This document shows, in pieces, positions 19,494 through 29,287 of a stretch of 64,000 bases of DNA. The translations under genes were made by a program, and so were the position numbers. The notes beneath the pieces were generated by a model. The model did no database searches, had not been told where the DNA came from, and saw only the letters and a list, made by a program, of their open reading frames with translations. Origin of the DNA: Myxococcota bacterium (lineage in GTDB: Bacteria; Myxococcota_A; UBA9042; PHBI01; JAWLBL01); NCBI GenBank assembly GCA_041687695.1, contig JAWLBL010000014.1, positions 96,001-160,000 of the forward strand. Reading direction: 5' to 3'. How positions within the stretch are numbered: the first letter of the stretch is position 1; every line of letters begins with the position of its first letter.

Positions 19494-20468
19494 TCAGGCG
19501 GCCTTCGGGGCGTCCAGCGCGTTGCCCAGGCGCTGGATCGCCGACACCGGCAGGCCGCGCTCGGCGCCGCGGGCGGACCAGGTCTGGAACAAGGCGCGGG
19601 TCTGGTCGCCCACCTTGGTGAAGTGATAGGCCAGGTACGGCTCGAGCGGCAGCGGCACCGCCCAGGGCGCGACGCGCAGCAGGCCACGCAGCACCCAGGC
19701 CCGCAGCTGCCGCGCCGCGAAGGGCACGCCGCGGTCGTGGTAGGCCGCCACGATGCGCGCCGCCTCCTGCGAGGCCGCGGCCGCGAGGGGCAGCAGCTCG
19801 CTCTTGCGCAGCGCCGTGAACGACCAGCCGGCCGCCTCGAGCGCGGCGATGGCCGGCATCATCATGGCGCTGCCGACCGTCCCCTGGAAGGCCGCGTCGT
19901 CGACGCGCCGCGCCGGGTAGCGGCCCGCGCGCAGGGCGCTCACGACGTCGTCGACCCGCGCAGGCGGCCCGCTGAACGGCCCGGGGGTCATCGGCGGCAG
20001 CCAGTAGGCGACGCCGGGCTCGGGCAGCGACTCGGTCGGCAGCGGCGCCTGGTAGCTGATGAAGGTGATGACGCCCGACACGACGCGATCGGCGCCGAAG
20101 CGGGCGATCAGGTGATCCCGGTCCTCGAGCCCGGGCGTCAGCCCGACGATCGTGGCGTCGCCGCTGACGGGGGCCAGCGCGTCGAGCCAGGGCTGCTTCA
20201 TGGCCGTCGAGGACATGCACAGCCAGATCTGGTCCCAGCGCTCGCGGGCCACCGCGTCGGGCGAGGTCAGGACGTCGCAGCCCTCGAGGCGGACGCGCCT
20301 GGGACCGCCCAGCTTGCGCAGGGCGTACATCGTGAAGCCGCGCCGCGCCTCGTCGGCGTACTTGTCCTTGACCATGAGGGCGACGCGCGCGCCGCCGAGC
20401 TGCAGGTGGCGCGCGTAGACCTGCCCCACGGCGCCCGCGCCGACGACGAGGATGCGGCGTCCGCTCAC
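19494..20468 (-). CDS. Ketopantoate reductase (PanE/ApbA)-like NAD(P)-binding protein
   Basis: ILVVGAGAVGQVYA Rossmann motif; GTG start overlaps the upstream stop (GTGA). Confidence 0.7.
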   Translation of the reverse strand: MSGRRILVVGAGAVGQVYARHLQLGGARVALMVKDKYADEARRGFTMYALRKLGGPRRVRLEGCDVLTSPDAVARERWDQIWLCMSSTAMKQPWLDALAPVSGDATIVGLTPGLEDRDHLIARFGADRVVSGVITFISYQAPLPTESLPEPGVAYWLPPMTPGPFSGPPARVDDVVSALRAGRYPARRVDDAAFQGTVGSAMMMPAIAALEAAGWSFTALRKSELLPLAAAASQEAARIVAAYHDRGVPFAARQLRAWVLRGLLRVAPWAVPLPLEPYLAYHFTKVGDQTRALFQTWSARGAERGLPVSAIQRLGNALDAPKAA

Positions 20469-23400
20469 GGCGCCGGCTCGTAGATCTCGCGCCCGATGGC
20501 GCCCTCGACGACGTCGTCGAGGTGGAAGCGCAGCGGGATGGTCTGGTTGCCCAGCCACAGCGCGGCCTGGTCGTCGAAGAACTCGGAGTCGGGGAGCCCG
20601 GACTGGCCGCCGGGCAGCACGTTCTGGCCGACCACCTGGCCGTCCTTGAGGCCGATGACCATGCGGAACACCGGGCCGCTGCCGTAGGAGAAGTTCTTGC
20701 CGGAAAAGCCCGGGTTGGCGGCGTCCACCGCGAACTGGTCACCGTCGCGCGGGAAGTGCGGCAGCGTGGCGCGCGGGTCCCCCGCGGGCATGTTGCTGGC
20801 CAGCGGCAGGCGCGCCGGGGTGATCGAGAACTGGTCGGCCAGCAGCGACATCCCCGGCTGGTCGCCCAGGAACTCGAGCAGCATCGAGTCGAAGCGGACC
20901 ATGTGGCGCAGCCCCCACAGCCAGCCTTCCATCGGCGTGTCGCCGAACCCGCCCTTGCCGGGGCCGGTCGGGGCCGAGCGCAGGAAGGTCAGCGCGTCCT
21001 GCAGCGCCAGCATCGCCAGCTCGTCGCTGGTCTCGACCTCGGCCGTCCCCTTGATGTCGAAGAAGGCGGACTCCTGGGTGTCCGGGTTCCAGGACGCCAG
21101 CTGCCCCGGGTTGTCGGGGCCGCGCCCCTCGACGAAGTCGGTCACCGCCCGGATGCGGCCGGTGTTGCCGCCGCCCTGCCACAACCCCGGCAGGCCCTCG
21201 TCGTCGAACAGGCGCCCCATGAAGGCGCCCTGCCAGGCGTTGTACAGCGTCGTGGCCACCGCGTCGGCGCGGTCGTCCTCGGTCGGCTGCGCGTAGAAGG
21301 TCTCGACGCCCGAGCGGGCCCAGAAGCCGCGCTCGCCCCAGGCGGCCAGGCGCGCCCGCACGGCGTCGACGGCCTCGGCGTCCGCCGCGTACAGGGCCGC
21401 GAGGCGTCCGTCCGCGCCCTCGGCGGCCTCGGCCTCGTGCGCCGCCTTGGCCGCGTCGATGGCCTCGAGCACGAAGGGCACCAGCTGCTCGCCCAGGCGC
21501 GACTGCACGTTGGCCTGCAGGGTCGCCATCGCCGCGAGGTCGGCCGAGTTGGCGGCTACCTGCGTCTCGAGCGCGTGGTGGATGGTGTCGGCCCGGTAGC
21601 CCTCGGTCCAGGGGCCGCCGATGTACCAGGGGTCGTCGGTCAGCGACCCGTCGATGCTGATGTTGCCGGGGTCGTTGTTGGCGGTCTGCACGAAGCCGCG
21701 CGCCGGGCTGATCGCCTGCGGGTAGGAGGCCAGCGGGACCACGCACTCGTACGGATCCGCCTCGCCGGCCGCCTCGTCGACCAGCTGGTCCTTCAGCGGG
21801 ATGGTGAAGCCGCCGTACTTCGTCCCGTCCAGCAGCAGGTTCGGGTCGGCGCCGTCGGCCCAGCGGCCCTCGGCGTCGCGCTCGAGGTAGCCGCGGCACG
21901 GGACCGGCTGGTAGCCCGTGTACAGGATGTCGCCCGCAGCGTCCGAGGCGACGATGTTCTGCGAGTACGCGACCAGCCCCCGGGTCGCCTGGCGGAACTC
22001 CTCGACGTCCCCGGCGTGGCCGAAGGCGTCCGAGGCCGCGATCACGGCCGCCCCGCCGTCGAGGCCGGCGTAGTCGAAGCTGACCGCCGTGACGACCCCG
22101 TCGCCGTCCTGGTCACCCGGCACGATGTCGCCCGACATCAACGTCAGGATCCCCTCGCCCTCGCCCAGCACCTCGTCCTTCTTGTGCTTGCGCCCCTCGA
22201 CCGCGGTCAGCCAGCGCCCGTCGAAGGTCGTCAGGCGCACCATAGTCTCGGTCCGGCCCTCGCTGCCCAGCAGCGGCACGTCCGCGACGACGATCTCCTC
22301 GTCGAAGCGCTGCACCGGCTTCCACTCGCCTTGAAAGCGCGTGTGCGACGGCAGCCCGTCGTCGCCCAGCTGCACCTCCTCGGCGTACCAGTCGGTGATG
22401 TCGCCCATCAGCTGCGTCTGGCACCAGGCGACCTTGCCGTTGGTGCCGACCGCCATGGTCGGCATCCCCGGGATGCCCATGCCCAGCTGCTGCGTGTCGC
22501 CGCCGCCCAGCAGCGCGTCGTCGAGGCCGATCTGATAGAACAGGCTCGGGATGGTCAGAGGCAGGTGCCCGTCGCCCGCGAGCCAGCTGAAGCCGTCGGC
22601 GCTGGCGTCGCCCGCGACCGCCCACGCGTTCGACCCGAAGCCGACCGACCAGTCGCGGCGCATGCGCTTCTGGAAGCGGTCGAGGTCCTCGGCCAGCTGG
22701 GTCAGCAGGCTGGCCGGCACCCGGCGGTGGGCCGCGCTCGAGGCCGCCCCGGCGAACTCGGCCGCCTTGCCCCCGCTCGAGGCGTCGCTGGCCTGGGTGG
22801 GCGTCGGCCCCGGCTGCAGCCCCTCGGCGGTCTCGACGCCGAAGCCGGCGGCCGAGCTGATGGGCTTGACCGGCGCCACGCGCTCCCAGATGTCGTGCCG
22901 AGCGCCGGCGCGGCGGAGGTCCTGCAGCGGGGCCCCCTCGAACAGCTCGTCCAGCTGGGCCGCGGCCGCCGCGCGCCCCACGTCGCCGGTCTCGTAGCCC
23001 AGGTTGTAGATGATGGCCGCCGCCATGCCGGCCACGTCGCGCCGCGTGAACGGCACCATCAGATCCGACGGCTGCTCGGCCCCGACCAGCGGGCCCGCGA
23101 TGTCGTACTCGGCCGGGACGGGCAGCTTGCCCTCCTTGGCCAGCTTGGCGTAGGCGTTGATGCCCTCGGCGAAGGCGTCGAACAGCTCGGCCTGCGCCGG
23201 CGTGAGGTCCGCGATCATGTTGTCGGCGACGAAGGTCATGCCGTTGCCGCGCGCCTCCCGGTCGGTCGACAGGGCGGCGTCGCCCAGCAGCTCGGAGACG
23301 CGGCCGAGGCCGAAGCGACGCGTGAGATCCAGCTGGAAGTAGCGGTCGCGCGCGACGACGAACCCGTACATGAACGACAGGTCGCGGCGGTTCTTCGCGT

Positions 23401-23710
23401 AGACGTGCGGGACGTTGCCTTCGGTACGCACCACATGGGCGGGCGCCGACAGCCCCTCGAGGGCCCAGCGCTCGCTCTCGGCGACGCCGACGATCTTGTC
23501 GAGGGCGGTCGGCCCGGCGTCCACCTCGGGCTCGGCGTCGGGCGCGGCGGCGTCGACGTCCTCGCCGCCCGCGTCGGGGTCGGCGTCCTCTCCGGTGGCG
23601 TCCGCGGCGTCGGCGGCCACGTCCGGGGACGCGTCGGCGGGCGCGGGCTTGGGATCGTCGCCGCAGCCGATGGCGGCGGCGCAGGCGAGGGGCAACAAGA
23701 GGCGGCGCAT
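20465..23710 (-). CDS. Penicillin acylase family (Ntn hydrolase, S45) lipoprotein
   Basis: Lipobox AIGC; VPHVYA, ARDRYFQLDL; autoprocessing site G|SNAWAV; TANND; LPGGQSG. Confidence 0.88.
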   Translation of the reverse strand: MRRLLLPLACAAAIGCGDDPKPAPADASPDVAADAADATGEDADPDAGGEDVDAAAPDAEPEVDAGPTALDKIVGVAESERWALEGLSAPAHVVRTEGNVPHVYAKNRRDLSFMYGFVVARDRYFQLDLTRRFGLGRVSELLGDAALSTDREARGNGMTFVADNMIADLTPAQAELFDAFAEGINAYAKLAKEGKLPVPAEYDIAGPLVGAEQPSDLMVPFTRRDVAGMAAAIIYNLGYETGDVGRAAAAAQLDELFEGAPLQDLRRAGARHDIWERVAPVKPISSAAGFGVETAEGLQPGPTPTQASDASSGGKAAEFAGAASSAAHRRVPASLLTQLAEDLDRFQKRMRRDWSVGFGSNAWAVAGDASADGFSWLAGDGHLPLTIPSLFYQIGLDDALLGGGDTQQLGMGIPGMPTMAVGTNGKVAWCQTQLMGDITDWYAEEVQLGDDGLPSHTRFQGEWKPVQRFDEEIVVADVPLLGSEGRTETMVRLTTFDGRWLTAVEGRKHKKDEVLGEGEGILTLMSGDIVPGDQDGDGVVTAVSFDYAGLDGGAAVIAASDAFGHAGDVEEFRQATRGLVAYSQNIVASDAAGDILYTGYQPVPCRGYLERDAEGRWADGADPNLLLDGTKYGGFTIPLKDQLVDEAAGEADPYECVVPLASYPQAISPARGFVQTANNDPGNISIDGSLTDDPWYIGGPWTEGYRADTIHHALETQVAANSADLAAMATLQANVQSRLGEQLVPFVLEAIDAAKAAHEAEAAEGADGRLAALYAADAEAVDAVRARLAAWGERGFWARSGVETFYAQPTEDDRADAVATTLYNAWQGAFMGRLFDDEGLPGLWQGGGNTGRIRAVTDFVEGRGPDNPGQLASWNPDTQESAFFDIKGTAEVETSDELAMLALQDALTFLRSAPTGPGKGGFGDTPMEGWLWGLRHMVRFDSMLLEFLGDQPGMSLLADQFSITPARLPLASNMPAGDPRATLPHFPRDGDQFAVDAANPGFSGKNFSYGSGPVFRMVIGLKDGQVVGQNVLPGGQSGLPDSEFFDDQAALWLGNQTIPLRFHLDDVVEGAIGREIYEPAP

Positions 23711-23879
23711 CGAGGGCTCCCGGGGCAAGGTCGGGCGGAGCCTAGCAGCAGCCGGGGCCCCGCGCCACTCGCTCCGGGGCCGGGCGGCGCCGGGCCGCCG
23801 CGGCGTCTCGCCCCTTGGTCGCCGCCGAGTCCGTGTTGTAGAACCTCGGGCACCTGCCGCCAGCCCACGAGGTGCCGCC

Positions 23880-25817
23880 GTGTCCAGCTTCTACCGCGAC
23901 AACGCCGATCTGCAGTTCTACGTCGAGCGCTGGATCGACTGGGAGCCGCTGGCGCGGCTGACCGAGCAGGGCTTCCGGCACGCCGAGGGCTTTGGCGACG
24001 CCGCCGAGGCGACCCAGTTCTATCGGGACATCCTCGAGATGGTGGGCGAGTTCGTCGCCGAGGAGGTCGCGCCCCACGCCGCCGCCATCGACCGGCAGGG
24101 GCTGACGCTGAAGGACGGCGAGGTCGTCTTCCCGCCGCAGCTCGAGGCCATCTTCAAGAAGATCAAGGATCTGGAGCTGCACGGCATGTGCCTGCCGCGG
24201 GAGCTGGGCGGCATGAACGCGCCGCTGCTCCTGTACATGCTCTCGTCGGAGCTGCTCGCGCGGGCCGACGTGTCGGTGATGACGCACCACGGCTTCCACG
24301 GCGGCATGGCGATGGCGATGCTGCTCTTCTCCATCAACGAGGGCACGACCACCTGGGACCAGGCGACCGGGACCATCGCCAAGACGCGCTTCGAGGACTT
24401 CATCCGCGAGATCGGGCGCGGCGACGCCTGGGGCTGCATGGACATCACCGAGCCCGACGCCGGCAGCGACATGTCCGCCCTGCGGGCCCGCGGCGAGCAG
24501 GACGAAGCCGGCCAGTGGACCGTCACCGGCCAGAAGATCTTCATCACCTCGGGGCACGGCAAGTACCACTTCGTCATCGCGCGCACCGAGCCCGCGCCGG
24601 CCCGCTCGGACGACCCGATGGCGGGGCTCAAGGGCCTGTCGATGTTCCTCGTGCCCACCTACCGCGACACCGGCAAGGGCAAGTCCGCCAAACGCGAGCG
24701 CCTCGCGACGGTCGAGCGGCTCGAGGAGAAGCTGGGCCACCACGGGTCGGCGACCTGCACCATCGCCTTCGACCGCACGCCGGCCCTGCTCGTCGGCCAG
24801 CGCGGCGAGGGCTTCAAGCACATGCTGACGCTGATGAACAACGCCCGCATCGGCGTCGGCTTCGAGTCCATCGGCCTGTGCGAGGCGGCCATCCGCATGG
24901 CCGAGGCCTACGCCGCCGAGCGGCCGTCGATGGGCAAGACCATCGACCGGCACGAGATGATCGCCGACTACCTCGACGAGATGCGCACCGACGTCGCCGG
25001 CCTGCGGGCCATGGCCGTGCACGGCGCCTACTGCGAGGAGATGGCCCACAAGACCCGCCTGTATCGCCTGCTGACGATGGCGCCGGGCAGCCTCGAGGCC
25101 AAGCGCTCCGAGCGCGACGAGCAGCGCTGGACCCGGCGGTCGCGCCGCGTGACGCCGCTGCTCAAGTACCTGGCCGCCGAGAAAGCGGTCGAGATGGCGC
25201 GACGCGCCGTGCAGATCCACGGCGGGGTCGGCTACACGACCGAGTACGGCGCCGAGAAGCTCCTGCGCGACGCGATGGTGATGCCCATCTACGAGGGCAC
25301 CAGCCAGATCCAGGCGCTGATGGCCATGAAGGACAAGCTGTCGGCCATCATGAAGAACCCGCAGCGCTTCCTGCGCGACGTCGCCCAGGCGCGCTGGCGC
25401 TCGCTGTCGGCCCGCGACCCGCTCGAGCGGCGCCTCGCCCGCGTGCAGGTCCTGAGCCTGGCCGCCCAGCAGCACCTCATCACCAAGACGGCGGTCGACA
25501 AGCTCCGCTCGGCCACCCGCCGCCCGCTGCCCGAGTGGAGCCAGGCGGTGCTCAAGGACTGGAACCCCAAGCGCGACTTCGCCTACGCCATGCTCCACGC
25601 CGAGCGCCTGACACGCCTGCTCGCCGACGAGATGATCGGTGAGCTGCTCTGGGAGCAGACCCAGCGCTTCCCCGAGCGCCGCGATCTGCTCGACCGCCAC
25701 CTCGAGCGCGCCGAGCCCCGCGCCCGCTGGCTGCACGAGGAGATCACCACCACCGGCGACCGCCTCATCGCCCGCCTCGCCGACGCCAGCCCCTCCGACG
25801 TCGCCCGCACGGCCTGA
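23880..25817 (+). CDS. Acyl-CoA dehydrogenase family protein
   Basis: MDITEPDAGSDM, GQKIFIT, EEKLGHHGSATC, MNNARIG, QIHGGVGY, IYEGTSQIQ; GTG start after GAGG. Confidence 0.9.
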   Translation: MSSFYRDNADLQFYVERWIDWEPLARLTEQGFRHAEGFGDAAEATQFYRDILEMVGEFVAEEVAPHAAAIDRQGLTLKDGEVVFPPQLEAIFKKIKDLELHGMCLPRELGGMNAPLLLYMLSSELLARADVSVMTHHGFHGGMAMAMLLFSINEGTTTWDQATGTIAKTRFEDFIREIGRGDAWGCMDITEPDAGSDMSALRARGEQDEAGQWTVTGQKIFITSGHGKYHFVIARTEPAPARSDDPMAGLKGLSMFLVPTYRDTGKGKSAKRERLATVERLEEKLGHHGSATCTIAFDRTPALLVGQRGEGFKHMLTLMNNARIGVGFESIGLCEAAIRMAEAYAAERPSMGKTIDRHEMIADYLDEMRTDVAGLRAMAVHGAYCEEMAHKTRLYRLLTMAPGSLEAKRSERDEQRWTRRSRRVTPLLKYLAAEKAVEMARRAVQIHGGVGYTTEYGAEKLLRDAMVMPIYEGTSQIQALMAMKDKLSAIMKNPQRFLRDVAQARWRSLSARDPLERRLARVQVLSLAAQQHLITKTAVDKLRSATRRPLPEWSQAVLKDWNPKRDFAYAMLHAERLTRLLADEMIGELLWEQTQRFPERRDLLDRHLERAEPRARWLHEEITTTGDRLIARLADASPSDVARTA

Positions 25818-25834
25818 CGCCGGACACGCCCCCC

Positions 25835-25990
25835 GCCCTCCGCCACGGCCACGGCCTCCGCCACGGCCACGCTCACGGCCTCCGCCACGGCCCACGGCCT
25901 CCGACACGGCCACGGCCTCCGCCACGGCCACGCTCACGGCCTCCGCCACGGCCACGGCCACGGCCACGGCCTCCGCCACGGCCCACAGCC
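25835..25990. repeat. Intergenic hexamer-periodic tandem repeat (GCCACG/GCCTCC)
   Basis: Roughly 25 imperfect 6-mer units between convergent genes. Confidence 0.85.
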
Positions 25991-25999
25991 GCGCCCCGC

Positions 26000-26392
26000 T
26001 CAACCCTCCGGCAGCCGCTCCCTCACCACCGCCAGCCAGTACGCCTCCCCGTGGAACTGGCTCATCCGCCCCAGCACCTTGCCGTCGCGCACCAGCACGA
26101 ACGTCGGGATGCCGTGCACGGCGAACCGCGTCGCCAGCGCGGGGTGCTCGTAGGCGTTCACGGTCACCAGGCGCATGGCCGCCCCGGCCAGCGCGTCGAG
26201 CAGCCGCTCCCGGTGGGCCGCGAACACCTCGCAGTTCGGGCACCGCGGCCCCCAGAAGTCGACCACCACCAGCTCGCCCCGAGGCGCCAGCACCTTCGCG
26301 TCGAAGTCCTCGGGGCTCGCCTCGAGGACCGGGGGCCGGCCACGCACCACCTCCGGGCCGTCGCCGGCCTGCGCCTCACCCTCGTCAGGCAA
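26000..26392 (-). CDS. Thioredoxin family protein
   Basis: VVVDFWGPRCPNC, GIPTFVL. Confidence 0.8.
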   Translation of the reverse strand: MPDEGEAQAGDGPEVVRGRPPVLEASPEDFDAKVLAPRGELVVVDFWGPRCPNCEVFAAHRERLLDALAGAAMRLVTVNAYEHPALATRFAVHGIPTFVLVRDGKVLGRMSQFHGEAYWLAVVRERLPEG

Positions 26393-26585
26393 AGCCGTGC
26401 TCCGAGCCGCGCTCGGCGCGCTCCAGCTTGGCCAGCAGATCCGCCAGGAACGCCCGGCGCAGCTTCAGCTTGTCCCGATACTCCGAGAGGATCGTGTGGT
26501 GGATCTCGTTGTTCAGCTCACCCATTCGGATGCGCACGAGTCCGCGGATCTCCTCGATCTCCTGCGCCGTCAGGTCGATGGACAT
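26385..26585 (-). CDS. Small helical hypothetical protein (66 aa)
   Basis: MSIDLTAQEIEEIRGL..YRDKLKLRRAFLADLLAKLE; SD GGAGGAG; stop overlaps the thioredoxin start. Confidence 0.65.
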   Translation of the reverse strand: MSIDLTAQEIEEIRGLVRIRMGELNNEIHHTILSEYRDKLKLRRAFLADLLAKLERAERGSEHGFA

Positions 26586-26680
26586 GGCTCCCTCCCGCGA
26601 GTCGACGGTCGACCGATACCGTAGAGACGCCGAGCCGGACATCCAACTCACCCCTGCGCCGCAGCTGAGCGACGCCGCCC

Positions 26681-27997
26681 TCAGCGCTCCCAGGCCGTGT
26701 TGCCGTACCCGCCGCCCTTGGCGACCATGTACTGGTAGCGGCCGTCGGCGCTCATCAGGTACAGGCCGGTGCCCTCGCGCCGCGACGAGATGAACGCGAT
26801 GTAGCGGCCGTCGGGGCTCCACGAGGGGTCCTTGTTGATGCCCTGGTCCTGCGTCAGGCGCGCCATCGTGCCGCTCTCGGTCACCGTGAAGATGTCGGAG
26901 ACGCCCTCCTCCATCCCGGCGAAGACGATGAGGCCGTTCTTGCCCCAGTCGGGCGCGTAGTTGTAGCTGCCCGCGTGGGTCAGGCGCGTCATGCCGCCGC
27001 CCGAGACGCTCATCATGTAGATCTGCGGCCCGCCCGCGGCCGACGAGACGAAGGCGATCTTGCTGCCGTCGGGCGAGAAGGTCGGCGCGACCTCGTCCGC
27101 GTCCGAGTTGGTCAGGTTGCGGATGACCTTGCCGTCCTTGCCCAGCAGGTAGAGATCCGACTGCCCGCCGTAGCTGATGGAGGCGACCATCTGCGAGCCG
27201 TCGGGGCTGACGGCGACCTTGCGGTAGTGCCCGGCGTCGCTCGAGAGCTTGCGGGTGCCGAAGTAGAGATCGGGCTTGCCGTCCTTGAACGACGTGTACA
27301 GGACCCCGCCGAAGCCCCACGACGGCAGCAGGTTGATGGACCCGTTGCCGACCAGCCCCGACCGGTTGGCGCCGTCCATGTCCATGACGCCGATGCCCTT
27401 GACCCCGGGGCCCTGCTTGACCGCGTAGGCGATGCGCGTGTCGAAGACGCCGGCGGTCCCGGTCAGCGCCAGCATGACCCCGTTGGCGAACTTGTGCGTG
27501 ACGCGCCGCAGATCCTTGTCGCTGACGTTCTTGAAGGACTGCTGCTCGACCGGGATCAGCTTCTGCTGCGTCACGTTGTACAGACGGAACTCGACCGTGT
27601 GGCTGCCCTGCCCGCGGACCTCGGCCTTGATGAGGAAGCGCGCGCCGATGTTGCCCCAGTCGCCCCACTTGATGTCGCTGAGCCCCTCGGCCGGGTCGGC
27701 CAGGTAGCTGCGCGGCGGCAGCACCTGCAGGAAGAACGACAGCAGCATGTCGCGGCGCAGCACGTCGCTGACGGTGCCGCACGCCTTGGGCGAGGCGCCG
27801 AAGCAGAGCGCGTCCGGGATGGCGATGGGCTCGAGCTGGCTCGCGCCGGGCCCGACGATCACGTGGATGCCGTCCTCGGCCTCGCCCACCGCGCCCCCGG
27901 TCGCCTCCTGCGCCCGCGCCGGCCCGGCCACGAGCAGGGCCAGCGCCAGGCTCGCCACCGCCGCTCCGAACCGCGCTCCGCCCACTCGCCCCGTCAT
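26681..27997 (-). CDS. tolB: TolB-like beta-propeller protein
   Basis: TolB N-domain (PIAIPD, GVFDTRIAY) plus PD40 repeats SPDGSQM, FSPDGSKIAF, WSPDGRYIAF. Confidence 0.8.
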   Translation of the reverse strand: MTGRVGGARFGAAVASLALALLVAGPARAQEATGGAVGEAEDGIHVIVGPGASQLEPIAIPDALCFGASPKACGTVSDVLRRDMLLSFFLQVLPPRSYLADPAEGLSDIKWGDWGNIGARFLIKAEVRGQGSHTVEFRLYNVTQQKLIPVEQQSFKNVSDKDLRRVTHKFANGVMLALTGTAGVFDTRIAYAVKQGPGVKGIGVMDMDGANRSGLVGNGSINLLPSWGFGGVLYTSFKDGKPDLYFGTRKLSSDAGHYRKVAVSPDGSQMVASISYGGQSDLYLLGKDGKVIRNLTNSDADEVAPTFSPDGSKIAFVSSAAGGPQIYMMSVSGGGMTRLTHAGSYNYAPDWGKNGLIVFAGMEEGVSDIFTVTESGTMARLTQDQGINKDPSWSPDGRYIAFISSRREGTGLYLMSADGRYQYMVAKGGGYGNTAWER

Positions 27998-28292
27998 CCC
28001 TTGCACCTCGGCCCTCCCGACGTCGATCGCCGCGCCAACGGACCGCCCCCGCGCCCCATTCCCAGGGGTCCGCTCGGGGGCTCACCCACCGGATCGCGCG
28101 CGCAGTCTGCGGCCCGGCTCCCGCCCGGACAAGTTTCCGACGCGCCGCATCATGGCGCCCCTCCCCCGCCGCCCCACCCGCTCCGAACGGGCCACGCTCA
28201 CGGCCGGACCCGCGACGGTCCCTGCCCCCCTTGCGACGGAGGCGCCCCGGTGCCATGCTTCCACCCGCTCGCGACAAGGAGTCCGTCTCGCC

Positions 28293-29009
28293 ATGGTCCT
28301 TCGCCTCAGCCCCCGCCGCAGCACCCTCGCGGTGCTGACCGCCGCCGCGTTCGTCGTCGCGCCCCTGTCGGCCTCGGCCCGCCCGCCGGCCCGCGGCGCC
28401 GCCAAGCCGGCCGCCGCCGCCCCGGGTTCGGTCGTGGTCTTCTCGACGACGACCGGCGCCACGGTCGAGATCGACGGCAAGCCCGTCGGCACGATCCCCC
28501 TCAAGGACCCGATCATGCTCGAGCCGGGTCAGCACTCCATCCGCGTGCACCTGCGCGGCTGGACCGAGCACATCGACACCTTCACGGTGCCGGCCGGCGA
28601 CGAGGTCGAGCTCGAGATCGACCTCATCCCCAGCGCGGGCATCGTCAAGATCGTCACCCCGCAGCCGGGCGCGACGGTCAAGGTCAACGGCAAGGTCGTC
28701 GGCGTCACCCCGTTCGACCAGGACGTCCCGGTCGGCACGGCCGAGATCAACGTCTCGATGCCGGGCTACAAGGATCAGACGCGCACGGTCGAGGTCACGC
28801 CCGGCAAGGCCTACGATCTCGACTTCCAGCTCGAGGCCCTGCCCAACGCCGGCCCGATCGGCGGCGCGGCGGGCAGCGCGGCCTTCTACGAGACCTGGTG
28901 GTTCTGGACCGCCATCGGCGTGGCGGCCGCAGGCGCCGGCGCGGCCGTGGCCCTGTCCGGCGACACCGCCCAGGCCCCGACCCCGAACTGGATCGTCAAC
29001 GTGCCCTGA
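28293..29009 (+). CDS. PEGA-domain protein with C-terminal membrane anchor
   Basis: Two PEGA repeats (GATVEIDGKPVGTIP; GATVKVNGKVVGVTP); FYETWWFWTAIG anchor; SD AAGGAG. Confidence 0.8.
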   Translation: MVLRLSPRRSTLAVLTAAAFVVAPLSASARPPARGAAKPAAAAPGSVVVFSTTTGATVEIDGKPVGTIPLKDPIMLEPGQHSIRVHLRGWTEHIDTFTVPAGDEVELEIDLIPSAGIVKIVTPQPGATVKVNGKVVGVTPFDQDVPVGTAEINVSMPGYKDQTRTVEVTPGKAYDLDFQLEALPNAGPIGGAAGSAAFYETWWFWTAIGVAAAGAGAAVALSGDTAQAPTPNWIVNVP

Positions 29010-29016
29010 CGGGCCT

Positions 29017-29268
29017 CTACGCGCCCTGATTCGACCCGTGGGGCCCGGCGCCTGGCCGCCGCCCCATCCGCAGGCTCCCCAGCGAGACCTGCGTGACGCC
29101 GCCCCGACCGCCGCCCTGCGCGTCCGGTCTGGGCGGCGTCTGCGTCTTCGAACACGACCCGCAGTCGTGACCGCCGTCGAAGCGACGCCGCAGCCACAGG
29201 GCCAGCGCGATGCCCGCCACGGCCAGAGCGAGGGCGACGGGATCCTGCCAGGTCAGGTGCCAGTTCAT
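29017..29268 (-). CDS. Small FeoB-associated Cys-containing membrane protein
   Basis: WQDPVALALAVAGIALALWLRR TM followed by HDCGSC, directly downstream of feoB. Confidence 0.65.
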   Translation of the reverse strand: MNWHLTWQDPVALALAVAGIALALWLRRRFDGGHDCGSCSKTQTPPRPDAQGGGRGGVTQVSLGSLRMGRRPGAGPHGSNQGA

Positions 29269-29287
29269 CGCAAGTCCATCGGCGGCG

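Noticed and set aside
19460..19495. Three GAAGGTC direct repeats
   Set aside because: Short, irregular spacing (15 and 14 nt), between convergent genes; no function supportable
20522..25642. 1706-aa plus-strand ORF
   Set aside because: Overlaps the acylase (antisense) and acyl-CoA dehydrogenase (off-frame); low-complexity, no motifs
25835..25990. Possible CRISPR array or Ala/Thr-repeat peptide gene
   Set aside because: No constant repeat with unique spacers, no cas genes, and the 6-nt phase is broken by single-base insertions
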